Origin: Octopus vulgaris
Taxonomy: Eukaryota
Reading direction: 5' to 3'
Length of the DNA: 64,000 nucleotides
Assembly (NCBI GenBank): GCA_951406725.2
Contig: OX597814.1
Coordinates: 133,114,001-133,178,000 of the forward strand
Part shown: positions 24,676-41,390 of the stretch, one piece after another
Layout of the letters: the number at the start of each line of letters is the position of its first letter
How positions within the stretch are numbered: the first letter of the stretch is position 1
The notes under the pieces: generated by a model
What the model saw: only the letters and a program-made list of their open reading frames with translations
Told to the model about the DNA's origin: nothing
The model's database searches: none
Made by a program: the position numbers and the translations under genes

Positions 24676-26719
24676 AATATAGAATAATAAAAAGTAAAAA
24701 AATCCACTTATAGTACAAAATTACATATAAGTTCTACAACCATTTCCACAGTTAAATATTATCATCAAGTGTATATATATATCTACAAGAAAGCGAGAGA
24801 TAGAGAGAGAGAGGGGTGAGGGAGAAATAGAGAGAGGGGGAGAGAGAAACCATACAGAGGTAGTCGAACTTTTGTTATATTCGGTTCAGTTGACTTTAAG
24901 AACATCAGGTGTAATTTATGCTACAGAAACTCTCCAAAACGAGACGGCTATATCTAGGCGTTATGAAAGCATAATAAGATTATCTATGACGGAAAACAAG
25001 CAATATCAATATAAGTAATTTTCATACACCATGAATCCATAAACACTGCATCTTAGTATAATGAACGACAACTCAGAATAACGAGACTAAGATATAAAAA
25101 TTCACCAACATGCATAAAATGTATGTATCTTTATCATCAGCTGCCATACAGATATTGCTATAGTTTTGACACTTGGGCAGTACCATTCAACAAGGCGGTG
25201 TCAACTGCGTTAAAAACATAAACGTTGTCTGCGAATCAGCAGTAATTAGCTGGAGCGAAATGTTAGTATTCTATGTCCATTACATCAGCACCTGTTTGGT
25301 ACTACAAGTAACAACATCAAAGTAGGCAATTAGTAATGACTTATAGTTACATACCAGTGCCTACACAACAAAAACTAAATATATTACGGAAAATGTTATT
25401 GAGCCTTCGATACTTGATGTGATAACACGAACACAAGAAACCTCAAACCAAAAACGTAAAACGTGTGAACCACAGAACGAACAGAGACTGCTAGGGACGT
25501 TGTTTAACGATGTATATCACATTGCATACAGGATACCAAGCCAAAAACAAACCAAATAAAAATTAGAGGAATAGTATATCGCTTAACCAATGTCCTCGAA
25601 CAATGTACAAGAAAACAGCCATAGATTAATGTCTTTAAATTATGTTCAACACTATAAAATAAAATTACTGAATAACTTACTGAAAGAAAATAAAAATAAA
25701 ATGAATAAAGTATAATTAGAATTAACTTATATTAAAAATTACATGTGAATAAAATCACATAATAAAGCAATAAAGATCGGGAATGACCTACCTAACTAAA
25801 ACAAATAACTAATAACATGTCCAACCTACAAAGCGATTAAATAATCCATTATTTATGAAACAGTCAATTTGTATGTTACATGGGAACAACTCAAAGTACA
25901 TTTAACTTATTCAATAGACATTTATGTATGGAGTTTACGTCAAAATATACACCTAAGATCTATAAACATTGAAAACTACGAAAATAAATATATCCTAACA
26001 AAATTATTTTACGTATAACAAAACACAATGTAGCGCAGGGAAATTAGCAGAGACCATAATTAGGTCTTAATCCCTTGATACCAAAAGACCAAAAGTCTAT
26101 CATATGTCAAATGACGGAAGTCAATCCCAGCTGCCCAACAATAGTGACGTTGTCCCCTATAGTGAAACGACAATTACAGTGACGCTGTACACAGTAGTGA
26201 CTAACAACCAAGCCCCAAAACATCAAAACAGTAACCTAACCTAAATTTGAATTAAATTTAACAGTGTTTACAAATCCAGGCCCAGCTGCATATCGGAGAT
26301 CATTTCATGTTTTCTCAAAATAAGCAACGGTAAAAACATTTAACCAATCTTTTATTACTGTATGTAAATTTAATAGGATAACGAAGAAATTGTTCGAACA
26401 GTTTCATGATAGGTAGCCTTGTGCAAGAAATTCCTTAAGCTAGAGTTAAAATACATAATTAGTAGCTGATATTGTGAAGTTTCGAGTATTAAGAATTCCA
26501 GTAACTAAAAGTAATTATTCTATTAACATAAATTATTCAATTCAGTATATATATACATATATATATAAATATATATATATATACGGACTCATATTATGTT
26601 TTAAATCATTTATTTACTTCATGGTTACATGCTTACCAGGCATGAGTTTGCCACTAGCAGGCCAATCAGTTTTGAGTATGGGATTTTAAAGTAAACCATA
26701 GGAATTATAGGGTAATCAC

Positions 26720-27530
26720 AAGTTTGTTTTTAAGCGACTGTATATGAAAATTTGAAAAACAAAGAAATCCTTACTACCATGTCATCTGCAAATTCCAACC
26801 GACTGACCCTACACCCGCCGATCTCGATACTTCAGTCAACCCGACTGTGCATGTCAATCCTGTCCATAAATATGAACAAAAGTGACATTACACAACCATG
26901 GCGGAGCCCAACACTCATATTAAATATTTTCAATTTGTGTTTATCCGAACACAAATACTAGAGCATACGCATAGGGACTCTAAGACAACAAGAAGCTGTC
27001 TATATATACATACCATAATCCAACAGAACTTTTCACAAGTTCTGTGTAACGCAATCGATGCCTTTTTAAGCTCTACGAAACAAGCATACACCTCTTGGCC
27101 ATACTCTTACGATTTCTCGAACACATGCTGCAGTATGAATATTTGGTCGGCTGTGCTGCTCTGAAGCGAAAACCACTCTATTCATCAGTCAGCTTAGACG
27201 CAATGATATTCGTACATCTCTTTGCCAGACACCCACCTTAGACTCTATGGAGGATACTTAACAAGGAGACTCTTTTATAATTAGAGCAATCTCTCTTGTC
27301 TCCCCTATTTGAAAATTGTGATTATCATTCTCGGTTACCACTGCATAGGTATATTCCCAGAAATCCAGGCCAACTGGCACACATGAGTCAGCCACAAAAT
27401 ACCTTCTCTATTTAACGCCTTTAACATCTCGGGTCAGATTTCATTCTCTCCAGGGGTCTTGCCACATTTGAACTTTTTAGTTTTTCTTTTGATATCCATC
27501 TCCGAGATATTAGTCATCGCTCCTAAGCAC
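26720..27530 (-). mobile_element. RTE-clade LINE RT remnant
   Basis: Minus strand: GKTPGENEI*PEMLK, ADQIFILQHVFEKS*EYGQEVYACFVELKKA, GLRHGCVMS, EFADDMV. Confidence 0.88.
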
Positions 27531-28572
27531 ACCCCGTGTACTTCAAAAGATGCTGTTTTATAAGCACAGCGTTGACAACACATGGCGATTAAATGTAATT
27601 TTCGAAATAATTTTCTTTGGGTGTATTAAAGTAATCAATCAATTAAATAGACACTAACAGACATTACAACTTCCTATGCAATTAGTATTAATTATGTTAT
27701 TTTGAAGTAGAGTATCGATCAAATGGAACAAATTTGGCTACCAACGTAATGCAGTTTCATTCAATCAGATTTCCAGTTTGTTCTTTTTAACTTTTGACGA
27801 CAAATGATCCTTTTAAAAATTACTGTGGAAAAGGAAAATGAAAAGAGTAACAACCGATGATGGAAACAAGAAATCTCAACTACTCCCTGTCGAGGCACGA
27901 AATCAAAATATGATGTATGAATTTACTAACCTAGCATCCTTTGAAGTATCCATCGTCTCCGATCCATTACTTTGTTGGTGAATCATGGAACAGTCATAAA
28001 TCAGTTTCATTATTTGACCCTACTAGAAAAACAGCGTTCAAAATAAAATCTGTTTCCGATACATTTTCCACAGAGATGCGAAAATAATTGGTCAATGAAA
28101 TATTTACACATGGACATTAATTCAAGTGCTTTCAGCTAGATTCGAAATATATTAAAGAGGTCCGTGAAGGTCTTTTGGTGGTATCATAATTTTCTTTAAT
28201 TTTTTTCTTTATCTTTACGAGCAAAGTATCCTTTTCAAAATTTACAGAGGTACAGAGAAAGGAAAAAGAATATACGCATGGAGACATGGCAAGAATGCAC
28301 CAACGGGACAGAGTCTATGTAGCCGAGTGAGATCTATATTATAATGGAGAAAGTTGCTTATTAATTAGGTATGTAACAGCTACTAAAAGTAAGCAATTAT
28401 TAAAGGCTTGATCGTTTGGAATTTTTTATAAATTCATGTTCTTAGAAATTTCCAATAATTTCAATTTCTGAAGTTTATTGAATTTTTGAACTCCAGTTTT
28501 TCACAAATTTAACGCAGGAAAACATGTACTTAACATTATACTTAATTACCTTAGACTTTAAAAAAATTACAC

Positions 28573-29842
28573 TTGCTAATGCCATGTCACGTATTGCACA
28601 CAACTTTGCTTCACAAAGGGAGAATTCGTCATTCTAAATTCAAAATTTCTCTCAGCATCACTGTCGGATCAACATGCAGTTTCAGAAAAAGAGATACAAC
28701 AGGAAAGCTTATGCAGCAAGTGTATCTGTTAGTTATTGATGATATCAGTATGGGGCATAAGCATATCTTTGAGTGCCTTGATAGGTGTTTGCGTGATGTG
28801 CGAGAATGTAACAAACCTTTTGGTGGATTTACTGTATTACTGTCTGGTGACTGGAAACAAATTCTTCCAGTTGGACGTCATAGTGTCAGATCCCAAATTG
28901 TTGATGCAGTAGTAAAGAGATCTTTTCTTTGGAATCATACGGAAGTAGTGGAGTTGACAATTAATCTAAGACTTCTTACAGAAGGTCATTCTGATGAAAA
29001 AGAGTTTGCTAATTACCTTCTTGATATAGGAATTGGTAACGTTTCTGTTGAGCAAAACCTGGGTGAATTCAAAATGCATGACCTTTGCTTTTAAAGTGGT
29101 ACTTCTTCAGATCTACGTGATTTTGTGTAAGCTGATCTCAAGAATATCTTCACAAACCCAATGAGTCTTGCAAATAGAACCATTGTTACTGCAACAAAGG
29201 AAGCAAGACAATTATGATTTTCTGTTGACCAGCATTCCTGGTGAGCTAAAAATATACAGAAGCTCAGATACATTGGATAATGAAACTCTGTACGTATTCG
29301 AGTCCATCAACAAATATACACCATCAGGGCTTCCACCACACATTCTCAAACTGAAGAAAAAGTCTTGTATCTTGAGAAATTTAGATGCTTCTAATGGACA
29401 TTGCAATGACATACACAACATGATTGTCAGTTTACAAGATCATGCTATTGAGGATGAGGTTGCTTCTGGACTTTATGCAGGATCAACACTGCTAACCCCA
29501 AAGATACCACATGTATCTCAAGAAATGGAATTTTCATTCACATTTACACGCAAACAATTTCCTGTCAAGCCAACTTTTGTCTTGACGTGCAAAATATATG
29601 TTAATATATTTTAATATAGTAACACGCTACACACCTTCTTCCAAGCATTGCTGTAAACAACAGAAGTGAACTAGAACAATATATATCAATAAAAAGGAGG
29701 TTTCGAGGTGTCTGTTATTATTTACTATCAAAACTTTTAATATTTGTTGCCAAGATTTACGTTCACGGCAAAGTAGGTTTTAAAATTTGATAAACAATAT
29801 TGTATTCTGGCGAAATTGTTCGTTTTCATTTGCAACAGTCTC

Positions 29843-29881
<39 letters not shown>

Positions 29882-30429
29882 CTCTCTCTCTCTATTTCTT
29901 TCTCTCTAATTGTTTTCATTGATAATAATTTACTTCATATATATTCTTTGCAATTTTTTCACTTCAAGTTTTATTTCGTTATTTCAGACGAGGCAATCAG
30001 GTATTTCATTGACTTAATTCCGCTAAATAAATGCCCCAGTTTATTGTTTATACATACTGGAAATAATTGCAGTGGACAACATATCAAAACTTACTGAAGC
30101 TTCGAATTCATGTTACTGATTTCCTTTCCGTCGATATCTAAGATTATCAAGTGAATTTGTTGCTATGGCTATTTGATACGCTATAAGTATTAAAATATCT
30201 CTATGTGATCGCTGCTTTTTTTGCACACTAAATGTAGATGGACTACTTTGGTTTTTGTTTAAAATAGAGTGATAAAATAATGGAAGCAATATTTACTAAG
30301 CAAGTGAGCATTAATATATAAAGAAATAATCAGACATAAAATATAAAAATTATTAGAACTGGGAATCAAATGTGAAAATATTATCAAGTGGCTTGCAGAA
30401 AAACGCCCGGAGAGCGGTCTTTCTGCTAG
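28573..30429 (+). mobile_element. Helitron relic: PIF1-type helicase pseudogene with 3' hairpin + CTAG end
   Basis: Helicase motifs LLVIDDISM, PFGGFTVLLSGDWKQILPV, PSGLPPHILKLK, RNLDASNGHCN, RKQFPV. Ends gcagaaaaacgc..gcggtctttctgCTAG|T at 30429. Confidence 0.85.
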
Positions 30430-31279
30430 TGTTATGAATGGCTGCTAAGTCTCCCCTCAACAGCAAAGAAGGAATAACACATTGGATTATGTAGTCCTAG
30501 GTTTCTTGTACAGATGTAAAGAGACTTTGTGGTTATGGTAGGAATGCATTGATCAGAGGTCTGTTCGATTACATTTTAGCTGAAACAATACAAAATCAAA
30601 TTCAATTGACCTAGTTTGATGTAAATTCTCTTAAAGAGATTTTGAATATTATTTGGGATAATCATAACTATTAAACTGAACATAGTTGAAAGTAATAAAA
30701 TGATCTTTTAATAAATTTAGATTTTAATTATTTTAAAATCTGCACTTTTCCGTTTCTTCAACTGTCCATGGTGGTGATTGAAAAGGAAAACCACTACAGA
30801 TAAAGTATGCAGCGTTCACTGGCTGGAGAAAACGTCTACTTATAATTTAAATCGAATCCTTCTGATTTTGGTCTCGTACCCAACAGGAAGCACTTGAAAT
30901 ATTTTGCTTCTTTCATTGAATTTTCTCTTTCATTCTCTATTCCACTACAATATTTCAAAAAGAATCTTTGAAGTCGAAAATATAAAGGAAAAATTTAACA
31001 AAGCGGTATGTTATTAAAAATGCATTTTTTATGTTTTCAAAACAGCTTAATTTTACTCAATAAACTAATTCAAAATAACTTCAAACGCAATTATAAGAGC
31101 CCACTGACACATATTCATACAAACACACAAACACGCACACACACACAGAAGCATATATATAAGCATACGCACATAATTTTGCGTGTGTATTGTGCTTTAA
31201 CTATTTTATTCGCAATATCCTTAAAGAAATTATGGTTTTGAGGCGGCAAATTTTTTTGTGACCTTTCTTCAGGCACTTT

Positions 31280-31420
31280 ACACTCTCATTTCTACTTCCA
31301 CCGAGGTCAGCTTTCCTTGTCATCATTTTGGGGTCGATAAAAGAAATGCCAGTCAAGTAAAGGGGATGATGTAATCGGTTTGATCCCGGCCTTAAATACT
31401 GGTGGCCACATGTCAAAATT
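31280..31420 (+). mobile_element. Decayed Meta-like SINE fragment
   Basis: ccaccgaggtcagctttccttgtcatcattttggggtcgataaaagaaatgccag matches the SINE central domain. Confidence 0.65.
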
Positions 31421-31863
31421 CGAATGAAATATATTAAGTTAAATTTGCTCAACGAATAAATGATTTCTGTTCACTTCAATAATATTTACTGAGTGATGAG
31501 TCAACCGTAGGTTCTAAATTATTCAATTCCATATAGATACATAAATAGTGAATGAGAGAGGCTCGCTAATATTGTGTAGATTACGTGTTCTAATCGTATA
31601 TACACAACTGGAATCGAACTTCAATACAATTACTTAATCTTCATGATATATGTTGAATGCTCTTTTCATTAGAATGCAACAAAGACTCATACACACGCAC
31701 ACAACCGTATGCACACACATACGCACATACACACACACATACGCATACACACATACGCACACACACATACGCACACACACACACACAGAGTCTCTCTCTT
31801 CTCTATCTATCTATCCCCTCTCTCTCTCTCTTGATATATAAGTATATATAATATATACTACAT

Positions 31864-32280
31864 AGGAGTGGCTGTGTGGTAAGAAGCCTGCTTCCCAACC
31901 TCATGGTTCTGGATTCAGCCCCACTGTGTGGCAACTTGGGCAAGTGTCTTCTACTATAAACTCGGGCCGATAAAGCCTTGTGAGTGGATTTCGTAGAAGG
32001 ACACTGAAAGAAGTGGGTCGTATATATATGTCTGTGTGTATGTGTATGTATGTATGTATATGTGTATGTATTCTTGTATCTGTAACACACCACATTCTCT
32101 TGACAACCGATCTTGGTGTGTTTACGTCCCCTTACATAGTGGTTCGGCAAAATTAACCGATACAGTAAGAACTAGGCTTACAAAGAATAAGTTCTGGGGT
32201 CGATTTGTTCGACTAAAGGCGGTACTGCAGCATGCCCGCAGTCAAATGACTGAAACCTGTAAAAGAATAAAAGAATAAAA
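31864..32280 (+). mobile_element. tRNA-derived SINE (CORE-like block, internal TA/TG microsatellite)
   Basis: A-box tggctgtgtgg, B-box-like ggattcagccc, CORE-like cttgggcaagtgtctt, tail gcagtcaaatgactgaaac..aaaagaataaaag. Multiple copies in the window. Confidence 0.9.
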
Positions 32281-32304
32281 CAATATATGTACATATGTGT
32301 AATA

Positions 32305-33123
32305 TACGTGGTCTCATCAATAAGTATCTGGACTGTTGCCATAGTAACGAAGCTGAAGCCTTTTGGCACAACTCTGTTGTGCATGCTCACTAAGTTTTAG
32401 CGTTTTAGCTCAATTCCGCTATTTACAGCAGTGCTTGGAAGGAAGGTGTGTAGCGTGTGATAGTAGCATTGACCATGACAGAGAAAGTTGAGCTAAGAAT
32501 CTGCATCAAATTTTGCCAAACGCTTGACAATACCTGTTCAGAGGCCTACGCAAAGTTTTCAAAATTGTTCATCGTTCTCGATACAATCAACGGGATCCTG
32601 TGCAACCGAAACCCGAGGGTCTTTTTTGTCAGCTGAAAGTAGATTTAGCACAAACTTAACAGACACTTGTCTCATACCCAAATCTTCAGTGATAATGGAC
32701 TCAACTGAACCGCAGCTAATCTGCCCATCCTCTGATAACTCACAGTTGCACGCACATCTGCAATGTTTTTCTCAGTTCTGCTGGTTGCGGGTTTGCCAGA
32801 ACGTTCGTCACTACCGACGTTTTTCTTCCATCCTGGAAACGTCTGTACCACTCGTATACTTGTGTGCATCTCATACACTCCTCCCCTTCCACTTTCTTCA
32901 ACTTTGTGTAGGCCTCTGAGCAGGTATCGCCATGACAACTTTCACACACTACACACCTTCCTTCCGAGCACTGCTGCAAATAGCGAAATTAAGCTAGAAG
33001 GTTAGAGCTTTGTGCACATGCAGAGCAAAGTCTACGTTCAATCTGTGCGGAGCGGCTTTACTCTGCGTGCTTTAGCGTCGTTACTATCGCAACAGTCTGG
33101 ATACTTATTGATCAAACTTCGTG
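32305..33123. mobile_element. Mariner-derived palindromic element made of two inverted left ends
   Basis: TIR tacgtggtctcatcaataagtatctggactg / cagtctggatacttattgatcaaacttcgtg with TA flanks. Transposase N-terminus on both strands: + MTEKVELRICIKFC; - TCSEAYTKL..VYEWYRRFQDGR..DERSGKP. Confidence 0.88.
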
Positions 33124-33344
33124 TATATATATATACATATGACTGCATGTATGTATCTATATATGTATATATATATATACACACACAGACACACACATAT
33201 ATACACATATACATATATACATACATACATATATATATACATACATCCATACATATACACATACATACATACATACATGCATACATACATATATACATAC
33301 ATACATACATACATACATACAGACAGACAGACATACATACATAC

Positions 33345-33644
33345 ATACTCATACACTTGTTTGTAGCTCATGTACTCTTCTCCATACACTTTCTGCAACT
33401 TTGCGTAGGCCTCTGAGCAGGTATTGCCATGACGACTTTCTCTGTCATAATCAATGCGACGACCACACGCTACACACCTTCATTCCTAGCACTGCTGTAA
33501 ACAGCGAAAGTGAGCTAGAAACATCAAAACGTAGTGCACATGCGCAGCAACGTCCAAGGTCAATCTGTGCTAAACAGCTTTAATCTACTTGCTTTAGCTT
33601 CATTACTATGGCACATTCCTGATGCTTATTAATGAAATCTCGTA
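33345..33644 (-). mobile_element. Third copy of the mariner left end
   Basis: Homologous to 32850-33123; encodes QKVYGEEYMSYKQVYE. Confidence 0.85.
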
Positions 33645-33659
33645 TATGTTTTATTCATA

Positions 33660-34060
33660 TGTTCTTTTATTTGTTTCAGCCATTTGACTGCGGCCATGTT
33701 GGAAAACCGACTTTAGTCGAGCAAATCGACCCCAGGACGTATTCATTGTAAGCCTAATACTTATTCCATCGGTCTCTTTTGCCGAACCGCGAAGCTACGG
33801 GGACGTAAACACACCAGCATCGGTTATCAAGCGATGGTAGAGGGGGAGTCAAACACAGACACACAAACATATACACACACATACATATATATATACTACC
33901 CGCTTCTTTCAGTTATTGACTACCAAATCCACTCAGAAGGCTTTGGTAGGCCCGAGGCTATAGTAGAAGACACTTGCCCAAGGTGCAACGCAGTGTGCCT
34001 GAACCTGGAACCATATGGCTAGTGAGCAAACTACATTCAACACACCAACTCTTGCGCCAA
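33660..34060 (-). mobile_element. tRNA-derived SINE, same family as 31864-32280
   Basis: Reverse-complement homology: tttcagccatttgactgcggccatg ... gacacttgcccaaggtg. Confidence 0.9.
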
Positions 34061-34061
34061 T

Positions 34062-34123
<62 letters not shown>

Positions 34124-34359
34124 TATAATTATTATTAAAATTATAATTTAGGGTATCTACGAGATACCGCCATGCTGAAAATAGCAGCCAAGATCTATAT
34201 TAAATTTAAATTAACGATCTTATCCTTATTTATATAAATTTTATATTTATGATATATGTATATGTATTATTAGTTATATTTTTATAATATATGTATGTAT
34301 GCATGCATGTATGTATCTATGTAAGTAGGTTGCTTGGTAGATAGGTAGGGAGGGAGGGA

Positions 34360-34463
34360 TTGAGGAAGGAAGGAAGGAATGAAGGAAGGAAGGAAGGAAG
34401 GAAGGAAGGAAGGAAGGAAGGAAGGAAGGAAGGAAGGAAGGAAGGAAGGAAGGAAGGAAGGAA
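34360..34463. repeat. (GGAA)n microsatellite
   Basis: Direct reading. Confidence 0.97.
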
Positions 34464-34524
34464 AATAGGTACGTATGTATGTTTAATTTTTCCACCTGAA
34501 ATGCATCCATCGAATTTGTGCCAT

Positions 34525-34735
34525 CTTGGCGGAATCATTTGCACGCTGGACAAAATGCTTAGCGGTATGTCGCCAGTCGCTACAACCTGAGTTCGAATTC
34601 CGCCGAGGTCGACTTTGCCTTTTTTTCGTTTTGGAGTCGACAAGTTAAGTACCAGTCAAGTACTGGAGTCGATGTAATCGATTAGTCCCCTACCGACGAA
34701 TTTCAGGTAGTGTGCCTATAGTAGAAAAGATTATT
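34525..34735 (+). mobile_element. Near full-length Meta-like tRNA SINE
   Basis: tggcggaatc A-box, gagttcgaattcc B-box, gtcgactttgcc..taagtaccagtc, tail agtagaaaagattatt. Confidence 0.88.
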
Positions 34736-35149
34736 TATTGCTGTTACTTAAATCATCTCCTCTTCATCTCCGTTTCTCAAGCACACTTGCCTTCTAACGC
34801 TCTCAATCTCTCTCTCTCTTTCTCTCTCCCTCTCTGACTCCCTACCTCTCTCTGTTTTGCTCTCTTTTTATATCTACCTCATTTTTGATATTTTATTTAA
34901 GACTATGTATTTATTACCAAACGTAATTTTACTTTGCCAACATCAATATCCGTAAATAACTTGTATCTTAACGAGAATAAATAAATTTTTACCACGGCTT
35001 TACTGCTGAAATCCATACTTAGGAGTGAGGTAGTTGTAACTCCATGAAAATTGTAACATGCCTATTACTTGACCTCCTCCTTTAAGTATTTCCTCAAAGT
35101 GAAAATCATATAAGCCAATGCTTGAAACTTAGTTGCCAATTATATCTTT

Positions 35150-35430
35150 TATCTTTCATATTCTACTTGACTCTGTCATTAGACTGCGGCCATGGTGGGG
35201 CACCGCCTTGAACAATTGTTAGGTGAATGAATCGACAGTACTTATATTTTGCTAAACCTGGTACTTATTGTACCGCCAATTCACAAGGACGCAAACACAC
35301 TAACACCGGTTGTCGAACTGTGGTGAGGGACAAACACAGGCACAAAGACCCACACACACACCTGCACACAGACACTCACACAAACGCACACACACATATT
35401 CACACACACATCCACACATACATATACACG
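35150..35430 (-). mobile_element. Partial SINE (31864 family, 3' half)
   Basis: gactgcggccatggtggggcaccgcctt ... aaacacac..accggttgtc homology. Confidence 0.75.
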
Positions 35431-35461
35431 GCTACACCATAAATGGTTTCCAAATAAGATA

Positions 35462-35520
<59 letters not shown>

Positions 35521-36601
35521 GATCCAACATGGTAGATCCAATGGAAAGAGAATTTAAATCTCCCGCAAACCAGAAGCTATTCTGTCAATTTCATATCTTT
35601 ATATCTTTATAAGTACACACACACGCATGTATGTATGTGTGTGTGTGTGTGCGTGCGTGTGTGTATCAATGCTTGTGTATATAAACCAGATGTTATGATT
35701 TTATTTAAGTTAATTTGCTATATTTACGAACTGCAGTGATACAACAGGTTTCCTCAATGATTCATACGCTCATATATGCATAATACAGCAATGTTGCGGT
35801 AAAGGGTAATTTTGACTGCTATTCTCATTACTATTACTAGCTACAATTTAGAGGTCAAATTCCTACACTCGTACATAAAAATTACAACTAGCAATCGCTC
35901 GCGAACTAACATGGTTTCATAACATGTGAGAGTGTATATGTATATTCAATGTTCGTATGTATGAATCTTTTTTTATCTATGTATGTAAATTAACCCACTT
36001 TAGCGATTGTCAACTCCTCTCTCCAAAACTAGATATTTCAGTTGATTGTTTCTGCAAATTGCAGTGAACTTCGCCAAAGTATACTCTCTAAAGCATAATC
36101 GTCCAATTTCCGATATGCAAAGACTGACAAAATGCACTCAAATACGGTATATAAATTGATGTTCAATATAGAAAGTTGCCCGCCTCAAATGAAATGCTTA
36201 CGACAAGAAATAACCCACCAATCACAATATAGATAAGTTAACTGCTGAGACTTTTAACATAAAATGTGATTAAACTTTATAAGCACCAATTTGAAATAGA
36301 AAAAGCAAATTGGCCAGGAGATATTTGAAACTAAATCAGTGCTTATGTTTACAGTTTTGCAAAGGCATTATATTCTGGAAATCCATAATTTTGTGTATAA
36401 CTGTTGGAGCGCACAATAACAGTGAATATCTCTGTTAAAATATGATTGCTGGAAGCTGACACAAATCAGCTCCACAAGATTACAAGGATTATGAGCAATC
36501 ATACTATACAATCTATATACTTACCCGATAGGCTTCCTAGGAGAACACGCAATCAATCACAAGCACACATACATATACGCGCAAGCATGCACACTCACAA
36601 G

Positions 36602-36632
<31 letters not shown>

Positions 36633-38062
36633 GCACACTCACACATAGGGAGAATGAAAGAGCGTGAAAGATTCAATAAATAAGACTTATTTAAAGATAG
36701 TATATATGGTTGTAAATATGTACGTACTAGTCAAATATATGTAGGAACTACTCATTCGTATTGTGATTATCAATTTGATTTTAAGCATAACATGGGCCTT
36801 CTGATAACTACCTAATTCTGAATTTGTTTTGAAAGTTTGTGACATTTATAGATAGTAATTTTTATCAAAAATCACGTCAACAGCGGCTCCAGCCCTCGAG
36901 CATTCTTCGTAGATGAAGTTTCGACCTGAAAATAAATTAACGTATTTTTGCCTACTATGTACAGCAGCGCTTCTGTGAGGCTATAGGAGCTGTATTCATA
37001 GAAACAAGCTATGTCAGTATTCCAATCTATTTCCTTTCATGGATGAACATTTCACCTTTATGTGTAATTTGACAACACTACACAAAAGACTTTCGCCCGA
37101 AGTTTAATAGTTTGCACTTTTGAGGTATTCTGTTTCAGAATTTGAGAGAAAATTTTATTTTCCTCATACTGTACACTAACCTTAGACACAAACTACTTTT
37201 AATTTTTGTTCAGTTCGATATACTTTTAATGTGGAAAGCTTATTTACAAGGTCTTAAGATTGCTTATATTTTTTTAACATAATGAATTTTTTTGTTTATG
37301 GCGGTAGCTAATACTCCATAAAGTTATTGCCCCGGCCTGATCGATACATTATATATGACACTTCATAAAAAAAGAGAGATTCCAGTGTTGCCAGTACTTA
37401 TTTCTGGTGTAACAAATTTCTCTAGCGTCGCTAATCCATACTAAAACTCTGGGACAATGGCGGAGCGTATGTATCTCTGGTTTGTTATACAGTATTCTGC
37501 TCAATTCTTTTTCCTGTCAAGTTGGAAGAAAATAATAATTTCCCAGCAGAATTATGGGCTGGTTTGTAACTGAAATATTTTTATCCACAGAGACGGCATA
37601 ATGCCATGCACTCATCGCTTAAGAACTTTGAATTACCAGCTTGGATAAAATTACCTGCTTTTTTTCTGTTTCATCAAGAAATACTTAACAGAGGGATACG
37701 AGTTACGAGAAGCACGATGTATTCTAATGCTTGAAAATCTTTGTTTCTTGCAGACATCATGGTGATAGGTGCTTGTACAACATAAATACTAATCCCTAAT
37801 TATAAGCTTCCTTGTTCTATTGAGAGGAAAGATTTTACATGACTGTTGAAAGCATCAAATGAACGTTTTCGGCAAGTTGCTTTCTACTCATTGCTACCCA
37901 TATGAACCCTCAAAATAGTTGTGATATAAATTCAGAGTTTTCCATCTATGAAATGGCTGTTTTTACTAGAAATAGAGCCCATCACACTAAAGTTGTTTTA
38001 TAGCGTTGTCTTCTACCATCTGTGTTTCTGCTAAATAGTGACTCTATAAGCAATGAAGACGA

Positions 38063-40400
<2,338 letters not shown>

Positions 40401-41100
40401 ATTGATTTACTTGTTAATCAGATCAGGTTTGGAAATAACACTGTTTCCTAGACATTTCTCACGGAAATGTAACGTTTGAGATATCGTAGCATAAAAACAG
40501 TAATTACATTTTGTCGTGACTGTAATTTGAACTCACATTCACAAAATGTAATTTACCTTCTAAGTTAAATCAAATTAGTATATGTGCGAAAATCAATAGG
40601 AGGCTAGCGTAGCAGCAAAATTAACAGTCTTTAGCTAAAACTGTTATGTTGCTAAAAGTAAATTGATAGTAACAGAATGAGGGAGACCAAAGAGAATGAT
40701 TGGTAGTGATATTATCGGAGAGAAGAAAGAGAATGATTCGAATTGACAAAGCTTTCAATGAGGAGTAGGAAGACAGAAGCAATAATAAACTTCAGAGATT
40801 CAACATTTTATAGATAGCGGAGAAACGGTGATTGCTACACAAAGAAGAAAGAAGATGGACCAACAGTCACCATCTCCTCAAATATATAATGGATGACAAA
40901 TCAATTCTAAGAAAGGTAGAACAAACATGTAGGAATTGGTCAACTCGTTGGTACCACATTTACGCAGAAGCATCAAACTTCCTCCAATCAAGCAATCTAA
41001 GTGTTTTAACTCTCAAGTTTGCGGTTTGTCACACATTGCACAGACAGATTTTGATATTGTAACAAACTCAAATTGGCTAATGCTAATTTTATAACGCGAT

Positions 41101-41142
<42 letters not shown>

Positions 41143-41279
41143 ACTGTTTGGTGTTCTGTCACCTGTCTCCGTCTTGTTTATATAATTTTGAGACACGCAC
41201 GCAGACATACACACACAGACACACACACACACATACACACACACACACACAGATATATAGATAGATAGATAGTGATGAT

Positions 41280-41390
41280 GAGAAGAAGAAGAAGAAGAAG
41301 AAGAAGGAGAAGAAGAAGAAGAAGAAGAAGAAGAAGAAGAAGAAGAAGAAGAAGAAGAAGAAGAAGAAGAAGAAGAAGAAGAAGAAGAAA
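41280..41390. repeat. (GAA)n microsatellite
   Basis: Direct reading. Confidence 0.97.

Noticed and set aside
28573-29614. PIF1 helicase read as a host gene
   Set aside because: It is intronless, frameshifted, has a mutated DE motif and is followed by a Helitron-type hairpin-CTAG end.
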